Positions 20,830 to 31,123 of a stretch of DNA of 64,000 bases are shown here, in pieces. The translations under genes were made by a program, and so were the position numbers. Source of the stretch: a virus; the IMG/VR virus record IMGVR_UViG_3300044213_000170, positions 32,001 to 96,000 of that record; one strand, 5' to 3'. Position 1 is the stretch's first letter. Each line of letters opens with the position of its first letter. The notes under the pieces are model-generated. The model was given only the letters and a program-made list of their open reading frames with translations, had not been told where the DNA came from and ran no database searches.

Positions 20830-21628
20830 TTTCTGCCTCCTGTCCGGGTAATCGACTTATTTCTTTACCCGGAAAATCCCATTGTTCATAAGACTTGATT
20901 GTATCACTGTCCCACTGTTTAATAATTTCATAAAAAATATTTGCAAGATATTGCTGACTTTTTGGACTACCATGGTACCCAGGGTCTTTATTTTCTACCG
21001 GATATAACCAAGTGGCATGCTGGGGCAACATTTCGTTTTTGGTAATCAGATATTTGTCCGGAATAAATGAAGGAATGATGTTCCGTACTGTATCAGCCGA
21101 CCATAAGTTATCCGGCAATACAATAAATTTAATACCCGCCGCATAGGCCTGTACTATCCCATCACGCATGATCCAAGTGTCAATTTGCAATTTCCAGTTG
21201 CTGTCATAAAGATAACTGACATAAGATTTAACTGCCTGTTGAGTAGCACTATCTAATTTAGGACATCTGTCAGAATGTAGATAATTTTCTGCAAGACTGG
21301 CGATTGGTTCACAAATTAACGAATAAGGCTGTTTACCATAGTTTACATTTTTAATACCCAGCTCAGATTGATATCCTACGGAGTTTGATACTTTTGCAGG
21401 AATCTCCATACGATCATGGAACGTAGGGGCTATGATAGCAAAATCGGGCTTCTGGCGTATGACTTCATCAATTTGAAGCCTGATTCCGCCGTTACTACAC
21501 CCCGGTCGTGCAAGTTGTACTAATTCCCAATCGAGTTGTTGGGCTAATAACTCTCCGTAACTTGTATCGGGAAATTCTTTACTGGCAGCACTAAAACTAC
21601 ATCCACATATGACCAGTTTTTTCTTCAT
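20816..21628 (-). CDS. SGNH-like protein
   Basis: GCSFS, LARPGCSN, DPGYH. Confidence 0.55.
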   Translation of the reverse strand: MKKKLVICGCSFSAASKEFPDTSYGELLAQQLDWELVQLARPGCSNGGIRLQIDEVIRQKPDFAIIAPTFHDRMEIPAKVSNSVGYQSELGIKNVNYGKQPYSLICEPIASLAENYLHSDRCPKLDSATQQAVKSYVSYLYDSNWKLQIDTWIMRDGIVQAYAAGIKFIVLPDNLWSADTVRNIIPSFIPDKYLITKNEMLPQHATWLYPVENKDPGYHGSPKSQQYLANIFYEIIKQWDSDTIKSYEQWDFPGKEISRLPGQEAENGKT

Positions 21629-21638
21629 ACATGAGATT

Positions 21639-22142
21639 TTACCAAACTTTGGTGTAATTTATCACTTCACATTGTCGGCTAATATCTTTAACAAAGTAAA
21701 CACATAATGGTTTTTCTTTGTCTGTTTCTAATGGAACTGCCAACATCTGACCTGGCTTCAATTTAGGAAAATACCATTTAATATCTTGATAAATGTCCAC
21801 TACTTCGATCTTAAAGAATTCAGGTCTAAAACTACCCATGGGATTAAATGCAAATGCGCTAAAACCACGATCGTTGATACTGGTTAACGGCACAACTTCC
21901 AGATCTCCCAAATCTGGTTCTCCTATTAGTATTTGCCAATCCATTGGCATCTTAATAATATTCCCGCCTATGTTTAGTACTAATGCAGGGCTATTAAATG
22001 ATTCTAAAAAGATAAGCGGTATGAAAAAATAATCGGGGTCTTTTGGATCACTGTTGTCCAGCACACAAAACCTTACGTCATCTACTTCTTCGGGTATCTC
22101 GTTAAGTTCATAGCTGGTGTTTTCTAAAGTTAAAAGTCGCAT
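21639..22142 (-). CDS. conserved hypothetical protein
   Basis: 167 aa; TTGACA-N17-TATTAT promoter just upstream. Confidence 0.65.
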   Translation of the reverse strand: MRLLTLENTSYELNEIPEEVDDVRFCVLDNSDPKDPDYFFIPLIFLESFNSPALVLNIGGNIIKMPMDWQILIGEPDLGDLEVVPLTSINDRGFSAFAFNPMGSFRPEFFKIEVVDIYQDIKWYFPKLKPGQMLAVPLETDKEKPLCVYFVKDISRQCEVINYTKVW

Positions 22143-22173
22143 ATTTGTATAATATAAGATTTACATCTGTTTG

Positions 22174-23016
22174 TCAAGATTGCCAGTCTATTTTTTCCAG
22201 ACTGAATGGGTAGTTGGCTTCTTTGTAGAATGATTTTCGTTTAGTAAGATGTCGTTTGGCAAATTTACAGGTGCTTGTGATGTCCCAAATTTCAACGTGG
22301 TCCTTGTCTTGAGCTTTCCTAATACCTCGGCCAATAGATTGTATAACCCTAACAAAGCTCTTTCCGGGTTCCACAAGAACCAAATTAAAGATCCGAGGAA
22401 TATTAATCCCCACAGCGGCCACACCATAAGTCGCCACAATAACTTTCCCATCTGCGGTAGCCACCTCATCATATTCTTCCTTTCGATCCTTGGCCTTTGT
22501 TGCGCCACTAACAAATACAGCATCTTTGATTCTGCTGGTCAATTCCTTGCCCGGGCCCACTCTATCTACTAGAACTAATGTGTTACCTGACTCCGCTATC
22601 TTACTGATCATATTGCTCATATAATCAATTCGTTCTTGTGTTTCTAACAAATATCGTAGCTCTTGCTGATAGTCTTTGTATTCTACATAGTCTACCATCT
22701 GTACTATATTTACATGACAATTACTCAAGTGGCCTGCTTCTTGAAGTTCGTTGGCGCTGAGTTTTCCTACCACTGGCCCGATGCAACAAAATAATGCTTG
22801 AGCTGCATATTCTTCTTTTGGTATGGTCCCCGTTAGCCCCCAACGGATCGGTGTATTGGCAAATACGCTGGTTAACAAAGTTTTTAATGCATCTGCTTTA
22901 GCACTATGGCAATTAGATACAACTGCGCCATTAACAATATAGTTGTGATCATTTTGAATATGTAGGTTATACACCAATTCAGGTTTTGTGATTTCTGTTT
23001 TCTTTATTAATTTCAT
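22174..23016 (-). CDS. uvsW: UvsW-like SF2 helicase C-terminal part fused to split-intein C fragment (aa 1-35)
   Basis: VYNLHIQNDHNYIVNGAVVSN|CH, then GLTGT and QSIGRGIR. Confidence 0.92.
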   Translation of the reverse strand: MKLIKKTEITKPELVYNLHIQNDHNYIVNGAVVSNCHSAKADALKTLLTSVFANTPIRWGLTGTIPKEEYAAQALFCCIGPVVGKLSANELQEAGHLSNCHVNIVQMVDYVEYKDYQQELRYLLETQERIDYMSNMISKIAESGNTLVLVDRVGPGKELTSRIKDAVFVSGATKAKDRKEEYDEVATADGKVIVATYGVAAVGINIPRIFNLVLVEPGKSFVRVIQSIGRGIRKAQDKDHVEIWDITSTCKFAKRHLTKRKSFYKEANYPFSLEKIDWQS

Positions 23017-23912
23017 AATGTTATTAATTTCTTAATTTTTTCCTGTGTGTTAACATCAAACACAGTATAATCAATATTGCCAATTTTCTTAGCAGTTAAA
23101 CAAATCCATTCTTTGTTTACTAGGATTACATTATAACAGCTATTTTCGGCCCATTGCAACAATGCAGTATATTTTGCCATAAATTTTTGTTCGGAACATA
23201 ATTCTATCGGTTTTACTTCGATGCAAGTTTTGGTTATGTGATTTACAAAATCAACTATATAAACACGTTCTTTACTGTTATACTGATATGGTATTCTCAG
23301 AGTTTCATATAATGCATCTTTATCAAAATACTGATACAATGCCTCCCAGCTTGATCGGTAACGCTTACCATTATACTGTGCATCCCAATGAGTATTTCTA
23401 TTATTAGAGTTCGGAGTAAACTTACCTGATAAAATTAGTGATTTCATTAATTTAGAATGTGCCTCTTTTTGATCAGCTGACATTCGTTTGCCGTACATAC
23501 CGTTGTTTTTACCTTTGTTCTTTTCACTAATTTTTAATTTAGATTCTTCTGTATGCGGTGTACCCAGAAATCCTGTTTTCCCTTTGTTCCAAGGAATACC
23601 TGTATTTAAATTGTTTATTATTTTATTTTTATGAATATGCCAACAAGAATTACCACCCAATTTGGCTAATTCTGTCTTGATTTCTTTTTCTGTTTGTGCA
23701 CCGTCAAGTAAGTTATCAACGTTTTTAACCCATATATCCGTTTTTTTGTTTAGCAGGCGCCTTTTAAACTTCTGCAAATCTTTACCACTTATTAATATAC
23801 CGTTTGATAACTCAACTGTTTTATTTTTATAATCCACAATTCTGGTAATTTGACCATAATGTGTTAACAAGTTATTAATATCTACAATCCAACTATTATT
23901 TGTTTTTTTCAT
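23013..23912 (-). mobile_element. free-standing homing endonuclease (NUMOD3 + TnsA-like PD-(D/E)XK) inside the fractured helicase gene
   Basis: PWNKG, HTEESKLKISE, NGMYG; YRSSWE...YIVDF...IEVKP. Confidence 0.85.
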
Positions 23913-23939
23913 TAATGCATCTGCTTTAGCTGAATGTAC

Positions 23940-24956
23940 TTATGTTTTATTTATTATTTCGTGATTTTCGGTCAACTCATCGGCCCTGCACCAACCCAAG
24001 TTAGTCAAAAATTTATGGTTACCAGTTACTTCTATTATAGTCCCATTATCAAATTCTAACTTATACATTTTTTCTGACTCAGAATTTGTTAAATTTATGT
24101 GCTGTTTTACCACCGTGTCTGTTTTAAATTCTTTTGCGGTCTCAGAATAATTAATGATTACATCACCAACAGCAACATCTTTTATGGGCTTATATCCGTC
24201 CACTGTTAATACTAACGAATCGCCGGAAAAGCATTCATCGACCATAACACAAACCACATTTTCTACGAATTCACCGATAGTCATATCGGCTTCGTAATTT
24301 TTTGTATTTTTAAGTAAAGCATTGAGGCTTTGCCAAGTGCATATTGTATGTGTACGGTTATACTCTTTCCTGTCGCCGAATAATACCCCAACATCCAGCC
24401 CCATATTAATATAATCGGCTTCGGTCTGTGTCACAAGACTTTTGCTGGGCACAATAACTATGCTACGACCATATTTTTGCACACTTGCAGACAATGCCGC
24501 TGTCATAATAGTTTTACCCGCACCTGTAGCCACTTCCTGTATGCATTGAGGATTTTCTAAAAATTTATTTACAATTTCAACTTGATAATCTCTCATTAAT
24601 ATCGGTTGACCTTCTGCCGGATGTCCTTTTGGCCATTTGATATCTTGGAATGTTGTTTCTGTAACAGGGTCAAATTCAAATGTAGTGCTGTATTGCCGTA
24701 AATCATTTACTTCTATATCGTAACCCCGTTCGTCCAAAAACGGCAAAATTTCGGGCAACAAGTTAATATATGTAGTGCCTCCTAGATTAAAATAAGGAAC
24801 TTTGCCGTCCCAACGACCAAGACGTACTGCTGGCAAGTACCTTGCTCCAGGAATCTCATATTTAAACTTATCAACTAATCGTTTCCGATCAGTTAATTCT
24901 ACGTTATGAAGTTTACAATTAACTTCATCTTTAATTTCAATTATACAGGTTGTCAT
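23940..24956 (-). CDS. uvsW: UvsW-like SF2 helicase N-terminal part fused to split-intein N fragment (last 97 aa)
   Basis: RDYQ, ATGAGKT, VMVDE|CFSGDSLV (block A), VTGNHKFLT (block B). Confidence 0.92.
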   Translation of the reverse strand: MTTCIIEIKDEVNCKLHNVELTDRKRLVDKFKYEIPGARYLPAVRLGRWDGKVPYFNLGGTTYINLLPEILPFLDERGYDIEVNDLRQYSTTFEFDPVTETTFQDIKWPKGHPAEGQPILMRDYQVEIVNKFLENPQCIQEVATGAGKTIMTAALSASVQKYGRSIVIVPSKSLVTQTEADYINMGLDVGVLFGDRKEYNRTHTICTWQSLNALLKNTKNYEADMTIGEFVENVVCVMVDECFSGDSLVLTVDGYKPIKDVAVGDVIINYSETAKEFKTDTVVKQHINLTNSESEKMYKLEFDNGTIIEVTGNHKFLTNLGWCRADELTENHEIINKT

Positions 24957-26008
24957 TCGATGTAAAAAATCTTTTCTGCGTTAAGCAACCAACTGGTTTT
25001 TCTAGAACCGACCATTAATGAACTTTCACTGACCATACAACGAATGGGTGTATTTGCATTTTCTGATCTTAAGTATTTAATTTCGTCGGTACTGGTCTTG
25101 GGTATTCCAGTAGCATATACATATACCGGCAAGCGGTTAGTGGATCTTGCATATTCCACTATATCGAGTAATGAAGTACTGTCTTTGGGGAAATGATATA
25201 GTCTTTTGACTGTACACATAATTTGTGCAGTGTTTAGCTCAGTGGTACTGCCCGATAAAAACTTTTGCAATATTTCATCTGCGACCTCATATCCAAGAAT
25301 CTCGGAATTATCTATCAAGGATAATAAATTATCGTACCCGAATCCGCCCAGTTTATCATTGATATATTCTTTCAATGAATCGCTGGCATTTTCTATATCA
25401 TATCCTGTACCGGTATCAACTAACTTAATAGCAAATCCACGACTTTCGACATCAAGTATTTTTTGATATAGTTCTTGAATCTCTTGATCCACTTCAATTT
25501 GTCGATTTTCTGCAATTGTGCATAGCCAATTGATTGCATTTTCAGTTAATCCTAAGATCCATACTTTCTGATCGTGATCAAATTTAACCGATCCTTGACC
25601 ATCACGACCCTGAGCTTTAATTACATTAATTAATTCGGAATCATATGGAAATCTCAATACTATCCTTTGATTTTCTATATATGCTCGTTTGCTTCTATCA
25701 ATTTGTCTAATAGGGAATCTAAAGTTATCTAGCTCGGTTTCGTCAGGCACAAGTACAGGCACTTTCAATTGACTCAATTGTTTACGATATTTACTAACAA
25801 TCTTAACTGCCAATAGTGCTTGTTTGTCAGTGTACCCGCGAGACAATTCCGAAGTTTGAATTGCTAAACTGTCAACAATTTTTACATCGTATCTGGCTAA
25901 ACTAACAGGGCAAGGTCGATAACCAAACATTCCCAGTTTTTTATTATTTTCATCTCGATATCCAGCAATGAATTCAAGATAATCTTCGACGTAATAAAAT
26001 GTGCTCAT
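24953..26008 (-). CDS. hypothetical protein
   Basis: 351 aa; TTGACT-N17-TATAAT 6 nt upstream. Confidence 0.65.
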   Translation of the reverse strand: MSTFYYVEDYLEFIAGYRDENNKKLGMFGYRPCPVSLARYDVKIVDSLAIQTSELSRGYTDKQALLAVKIVSKYRKQLSQLKVPVLVPDETELDNFRFPIRQIDRSKRAYIENQRIVLRFPYDSELINVIKAQGRDGQGSVKFDHDQKVWILGLTENAINWLCTIAENRQIEVDQEIQELYQKILDVESRGFAIKLVDTGTGYDIENASDSLKEYINDKLGGFGYDNLLSLIDNSEILGYEVADEILQKFLSGSTTELNTAQIMCTVKRLYHFPKDSTSLLDIVEYARSTNRLPVYVYATGIPKTSTDEIKYLRSENANTPIRCMVSESSLMVGSRKTSWLLNAEKIFYIE

Positions 26009-26041
26009 GAATCTATTATATAGTAAACAGATCGCAAAGTC

Positions 26042-26070
26042 AAAAAAAATCCTGCATAATGCAGGATTAA
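26042..26070 (-). terminator. intrinsic terminator
   Basis: AATCCTGCAT/ATGCAGGATT hairpin followed by a T-run on the minus strand. Confidence 0.7.
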
Positions 26071-26143
26071 AAATACCAATCGATACACGAGTTAGTTAAG
26101 AGCTGTATCGGTTGGGATTTGCAGCAAGCCGCAAATTTTTATT

Positions 26144-26575
26144 CTAGAGGGTCGGTGATATTCCAATGGATGACAACTCTGCCAAAATTTGAAATTGATC
26201 CCACGCTAATTTGGCAGCAGGATTCTTTTCAATATCCGAATCAATCAATACTGTTTCTAACCAGTAATAGGGCAAACGCTGAGGATTCGCTCCAAATTTA
26301 CGGGGCTGGTGTAGTTTGCCCATCTCAAATAGTTCTATACTGACACTGCGAAAACGGCCTTCGTCCTCGTCAGCATAGTTGCCCCACTCGGGCATACTCC
26401 AGATGCTGCCCGCACCTCCGTTGCCGCCGCCATACCCTTGCCAAATACCTTTCCATTGATCGTCATCGTGGGGATCAAAATCTGTGCGGGCAATGATCAC
26501 AAGTACATCTCGAATGCCGACCTTGCCTTCTACAATATCTCGCACACAGCGGCTATAACTTAATCCGATCCGCAT
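26144..26575 (-). CDS. hypothetical protein
   Basis: 143 aa. Confidence 0.6.
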   Translation of the reverse strand: MRIGLSYSRCVRDIVEGKVGIRDVLVIIARTDFDPHDDDQWKGIWQGYGGGNGGAGSIWSMPEWGNYADEDEGRFRSVSIELFEMGKLHQPRKFGANPQRLPYYWLETVLIDSDIEKNPAAKLAWDQFQILAELSSIGISPTL

Positions 26576-26581
26576 TTTAGT

Positions 26582-26773
26582 TTAATTCTCTGTAGGTAGC
26601 AGGTTCCACTCTTTGACGATTGCCAGCATTTCTTCTTCGGTGTTGCAAAGAATCTTACAAGTCTTCCAATCGTCGTCATAATCTCGACCACCCACTTCGA
26701 CCATCCAACCGTTGTCATAACGGTTGATGCTGATGCTTTCATTTACTTTTGATAATTTGTTTAAAAATGCCAT
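26582..26773 (-). CDS. hypothetical protein
   Basis: 63 aa, GAGG RBS. Confidence 0.55.
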   Translation of the reverse strand: MAFLNKLSKVNESISINRYDNGWMVEVGGRDYDDDWKTCKILCNTEEEMLAIVKEWNLLPTEN

Positions 26774-26898
26774 TTTATGCTTCCTCTTTCTTTGTTAATA
26801 CTGTAAATCCAGCGTCTACAGCTTCATCGGCTTCGTATTCTGTATCTACAGAATACAAAAATAAATTGCCGTCCCATACCTCGTACATAATAATACCT

Positions 26899-27294
26899 TT
26901 AGATTAATTTGTCAATTTCTTTTTCGGATTTATTTGCCAGAATAGCAAACATCTTTTTCTTTTCTTCACGCTCTTTAGCCAACCGTTGACGTTCAACTTC
27001 TTTGGCTTCGAATTTCTTACGCTTCTTGTCGTCACTCATACGCAAGAGCATATCGTATTGTTGGGCACGTGCCCAACCGGTTAAGAATATCTCTACCTGA
27101 CTAAATGTACCTATAAAAAGTTCAGCATCACGAGTGTAAACTGGCAAAGCGTCGATGTCAGGGAACACTGCGACCTCGTCCTGATCAGAGGAAGTAGAGC
27201 CCCACCCACTCTTGGGACTAGCAAGGCGAAACCCCAAGGATTTAGCTTGTTCTTCGATTCGACTCCAACGTTTATAAGTTGTATATCCGCTCAT
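26899..27294 (-). CDS. hypothetical protein
   Basis: 131 aa. Confidence 0.55.
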   Translation of the reverse strand: MSGYTTYKRWSRIEEQAKSLGFRLASPKSGWGSTSSDQDEVAVFPDIDALPVYTRDAELFIGTFSQVEIFLTGWARAQQYDMLLRMSDDKKRKKFEAKEVERQRLAKEREEKKKMFAILANKSEKEIDKLI

Positions 27295-27605
27295 TTTTTC
27301 TTCAATCCCAACAATATTTTTTCTTCATCAGTAAGTCTGGCTAGAAGTTGTGCTTTGGCTTCTTCTTTCCGTTGTTTGGCTTCTGCAGCTTCACGAGTAC
27401 GACGATCAGCTTCTTGGTGAGCGATCCACCATTCTCGAAGTTCGTCATCTTCTAACAGAAGAAAATCTTCTTGTTCATTCTCTTGTAAAGCCAAAAGGGC
27501 CTTACAAGCAATACGAGTTACTTTATCAAGTTCCCGTTTCAGACGCCGAACTTCGCCATCGCTACTACGAGTAGCCCAATCCGTATCGTAACTTTGACAA
27601 GGCAT
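27291..27605 (-). CDS. hypothetical protein
   Basis: 104 aa, MPC...EWW..H. Confidence 0.55.
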   Translation of the reverse strand: MPCQSYDTDWATRSSDGEVRRLKRELDKVTRIACKALLALQENEQEDFLLLEDDELREWWIAHQEADRRTREAAEAKQRKEEAKAQLLARLTDEEKILLGLKKK

Positions 27606-27715
27606 ATAACCCCTTTAGCCTATTGCTATACAAAAGATAATCAAGGCAATAATTGGGTGACCGCAAAACAATGCAAACAATGCGATCACTGATCCAAAGA
27701 ATATCCGATCATCAT

Positions 27716-27931
27716 TCATATAACTTTTCCTAGACCGGAATAGATCAATTGATCTAACTCTTTTGTAAAATCTTGGCCTGTCCTACGTTTGTGCCACACT
27801 TGCGTTAATAAGCTATGAAAAGGTTCCGGCGCAGCAGAATCCCGGAGTCCTCGACTGTCTAGTTCGTCTAGTAGATCGTCATCATCAAACATATCTAAAT
27901 CAACATTAACATCAATATTTATATAAGCCAT
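27716..27931 (-). CDS. hypothetical protein
   Basis: 71 aa, AAGGA RBS. Confidence 0.5.
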   Translation of the reverse strand: MAYINIDVNVDLDMFDDDDLLDELDSRGLRDSAAPEPFHSLLTQVWHKRRTGQDFTKELDQLIYSGLGKVI

Positions 27932-28014
27932 TTTTGCTATCCTTTTATATTATCGAAACCGGACTTACATCATACGTGGTATGAATGCCGGTTACGCACA
28001 CGGCAGGGGTAATT

Positions 28015-29046
28015 TTACACGGGCTTAGTGCAAGTAGTCAATGCCATCGACTTCCAACGCAAAGGGAAACTCTTATACAAATCTGCAATTTTCAAAGCCA
28101 TACGCAAACTCATTTCGCGCAACTTGTTCTTATTCTCATCCATAAACGACAGGATCTCATCCTGACCAACTTGGCCAAATTCATAGTCTCGAAACAATTC
28201 ACCATCGTTGGCAATTTGCTTAATACGCAAGAATTTGTCACGCATGGTGTCAAGTGTCAAGTCCAAATAGTGACAACGGCTTTGCAAGGCATCCAAGTGA
28301 TCACGAAGTTTTTGGCTTCGCATAGTATCAAACTTCAAGTTCGTGATAAAGATCACACTTCCATTAAAGTTGAAACTGTCAGGGACACCTTCACGGCGCA
28401 ACATATTGCTATCACTCAACCAAGAAATCTTACGCTTCTTACCCGAGTCCAACGCACCTTTCAGCAAGTTCAAAGCAACATCATCCAACAAAATACTATC
28501 ACAGTCATCGAACACCAACACACAATTGGGATCGGAATATTTGTACAAAGTGCAATACAAACCCAATGCGGTAGCAGAACCTTTGACTACTTCTGCACGA
28601 AGGCGCTTGCCTGCAATTTGATCAAAAAGACAAGCCTTTTCGATTTCGGTTTCTACACCGTGAGATTTACCAACGCCGGGAGGTCCTGAAACAATCATTG
28701 CACGAATGTCGCCGTTGGTGGATGCTTTGGTCATCTCAGTGAGAATATCAAAACGTTCACGGATGCGTTCAATCGCTTGTTCATCTGTTTCTGTCGGGGT
28801 CAGGACTTCCGTCGATTCTTCGACAACATTATTCAAATTTTCTACTCCATTTACAAACTCATAAGCATCGGTTCCCGACACTTTAATACGAATGACATCA
28901 GGAAACCCAGGAAAAGCGTCACCGTTTTTGACTGTTACAAACCCACCAGTGGCAGTACGCTTATACTGATCTACCAACTCAAACACTTTACCTTTGATTT
29001 TTTGATTACGGTAAGTGCCTTTGGTGATGCGGATAGTTGCTGACAT
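28015..29046 (-). CDS. AAA+ ATPase
   Basis: GPPGVGKS, LVFDDCD, IFITN, ALQSR. Confidence 0.85.
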   Translation of the reverse strand: MSATIRITKGTYRNQKIKGKVFELVDQYKRTATGGFVTVKNGDAFPGFPDVIRIKVSGTDAYEFVNGVENLNNVVEESTEVLTPTETDEQAIERIRERFDILTEMTKASTNGDIRAMIVSGPPGVGKSHGVETEIEKACLFDQIAGKRLRAEVVKGSATALGLYCTLYKYSDPNCVLVFDDCDSILLDDVALNLLKGALDSGKKRKISWLSDSNMLRREGVPDSFNFNGSVIFITNLKFDTMRSQKLRDHLDALQSRCHYLDLTLDTMRDKFLRIKQIANDGELFRDYEFGQVGQDEILSFMDENKNKLREMSLRMALKIADLYKSFPLRWKSMALTTCTKPV

Positions 29047-29100
29047 TTACTAACTCCTGTTGCGTTATTGTAAGTTTATATTATACAATGATTTGGTTTT

Positions 29101-29388
29101 TTAGTCAACCAAATCGACTTGAACTGGAACTAATACTTCGGTTTTACCGTCGGCAGTATAGCGGTAATTAAATCCGAACCCCACCGGAGCGACCGTGCGT
29201 TTCACTTGGGCAACGCTGCGTTCGTGTGCAAGATTTTGCAGAGCCATTGTCACTGCTACTTGATGTGAATGAGTACAGATGTTAGTGGTGCCGTAAACCG
29301 TAGTGTAAAAGCCAACACCGTCAACAATTACACGAATTTTTTGACTATTTTTCAAGCCTGAAATGTAAGTCGGTTTACGCATCTTCAA
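29101..29388 (-). CDS. hypothetical protein
   Basis: AGGAG RBS, sigma70 promoter upstream. Confidence 0.5.
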   Translation of the reverse strand: MKMRKPTYISGLKNSQKIRVIVDGVGFYTTVYGTTNICTHSHQVAVTMALQNLAHERSVAQVKRTVAPVGFGFNYRYTADGKTEVLVPVQVDLVD

Positions 29389-29486
29389 CTCCTGTTTTGT
29401 TACTGTATGTCATTATTATAGCAAAACACCCAATTTCAGTCAATACCCGCCAATTTGACAGGGTATTAATTTGTAATACTTAAGTA

Positions 29487-29708
29487 TTACTTTTTAGACA
29501 CTTCGTTCAAACGCTCAAGCGCCTCTGCTTTGTGCAACTCAAAATCGTATTCCAATTTGAGCAGATACACTATAAAAATGCCGCCGAGACCAGCCAAAAT
29601 TTCATTAGTGCTAAACACATTAAATGCGACCACCAACCCTGCGTAACATGCGATAACGTAGGCGATCAATTTGGTAACGCGCAAAAGCGCCGTTTGTTTT
29701 GGGGTCAT
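29487..29708 (-). CDS. small membrane protein
   Basis: Two hydrophobic helices. Confidence 0.5.
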   Translation of the reverse strand: MTPKQTALLRVTKLIAYVIACYAGLVVAFNVFSTNEILAGLGGIFIVYLLKLEYDFELHKAEALERLNEVSKK

Positions 29709-29795
29709 AAACTTCCTTTCTTTGTATACTACATTATAACAAATATGCGAATTAAATGCAATACCCTTATAAAAACAAGGGTTAATACCTAAGTG

Positions 29796-29952
29796 TTACT
29801 CTTCAGATTTATCGTTTGCATCTAGATGCTGTTTGACTACCCGCATCAGCTTACGGCTGGTGTCGTATACATATTCCTTAGCATCGTCTTCGGTGTTGAC
29901 TACAAGGATAAAACCGTTTGCGGCTTTGCGAACTTCGAGTGATTCGAACATA
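29796..29952 (-). CDS. hypothetical protein
   Basis: MFESLEVRKAANGFIL, GGAG RBS; start position approximate. Confidence 0.45.
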
Positions 29953-30004
29953 TTGGCTCCAAAAGTTAATTGATTCATAATAATAGCATATTATTGAATA
30001 ATAG

Positions 30005-30373
30005 TCAAGCGATTCGGCGAAACACGGTATGTAATACTAAACTGGCACTGTCAAAATTTGATTCCATATGGGGCAAATTTGCAAAACCATATGCAATGGC
30101 GCCCATGTCTCTATAATAAGTATCACTGGGCCACCGTCTTTTCTTTAACGGATAACTGTTTATAAGTAAACACTCATCGCCTATATGTTGATAATTTCCG
30201 CCGGTTAAGAGCTGGATTGCGATGGCTTCTTCATCAATTTTTAGTTCAACAAAGTTTTTAGCAAGTAAATAGACAACATACTGTTCAACCGTATCGTCTA
30301 AGTATGTATTTGCTATACTTTCACTTTCCATTATAAGATCATACGAAGCTGTTAGGAAATTTTGCCAACTCAT
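30005..30373 (-). CDS. hypothetical protein
   Basis: 122 aa. Confidence 0.55.
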   Translation of the reverse strand: MSWQNFLTASYDLIMESESIANTYLDDTVEQYVVYLLAKNFVELKIDEEAIAIQLLTGGNYQHIGDECLLINSYPLKKRRWPSDTYYRDMGAIAYGFANLPHMESNFDSASLVLHTVFRRIA

Positions 30374-30391
30374 ACAATTATTTAGTAGCTG

Positions 30392-31123
30392 TCACAATAA
30401 ACCAATTTGGCCGGCAACTTGTTGCATCAACGCCAATCTTTGTTGGGCACCGCGACTACTGTGCCAATGAATAATATTGGCATCGCTAAACGCACATCGG
30501 TTCCATTGATCTGCGTAATGCTCGCCGCCGGGTAACATAAATGCTTGATAGGCCAGTGCAGGTCTAATCATAGCTGCTGGCGGAATTTGTTGATGCCACG
30601 CCATAGTGTTTAATATGATTTGTTCAGTATTCCAATCAGATAAATCCCAATCGTGTGCCATGGCCAGTCCAATGTCCCAAGTTTCTTTTTTCATCGACGC
30701 TGGAAAATACCTAACACCCGCATTTAAAAAAATATCAAATGATTTATTATAACGATTGGGTGCTTGAAAAACAGGAGGGTCTGTTATGTTAAACATGGAA
30801 AAATAATCAAACTTTCCAAATATCTCTGTGTGAGTTATCATTAACGTATCGGGATCAGTATATAAAATATTACAAGGTTCGCTGGACCATAAATCGTAAA
30901 TTTTAAAGAAAGTTTCTTTTAATGCTTGATGTATATTGTCGGTTTTGCCGCCGTAAAACACCAATTCCCAATCATCTTTAAGACATACTCGATGACTTAA
31001 AATGGATAAGTCGTGCATTTCTTGATACACAGGAAATATATTGTTTTCTCCGCTGCGATCAATATCAGGGCTCCATTTCGGGTCTACGACTTCGAATAAT
31101 GATTTAACTAAATAATTCTTCAT
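30392..31123 (-). CDS. GT-A fold glycosyltransferase-like protein
   Basis: LYTDPD (DxD), LNAGV, EQ..LN, IIHWH. Confidence 0.65.
   Translation of the reverse strand: MKNYLVKSLFEVVDPKWSPDIDRSGENNIFPVYQEMHDLSILSHRVCLKDDWELVFYGGKTDNIHQALKETFFKIYDLWSSEPCNILYTDPDTLMITHTEIFGKFDYFSMFNITDPPVFQAPNRYNKSFDIFLNAGVRYFPASMKKETWDIGLAMAHDWDLSDWNTEQIILNTMAWHQQIPPAAMIRPALAYQAFMLPGGEHYADQWNRCAFSDANIIHWHSSRGAQQRLALMQQVAGQIGLL

Noticed and set aside
27985-28689. 234-aa plus-strand ORF, and the plus-strand ORFs over the collagen gene
   Set aside because: Antisense shadows of well-supported minus-strand genes.
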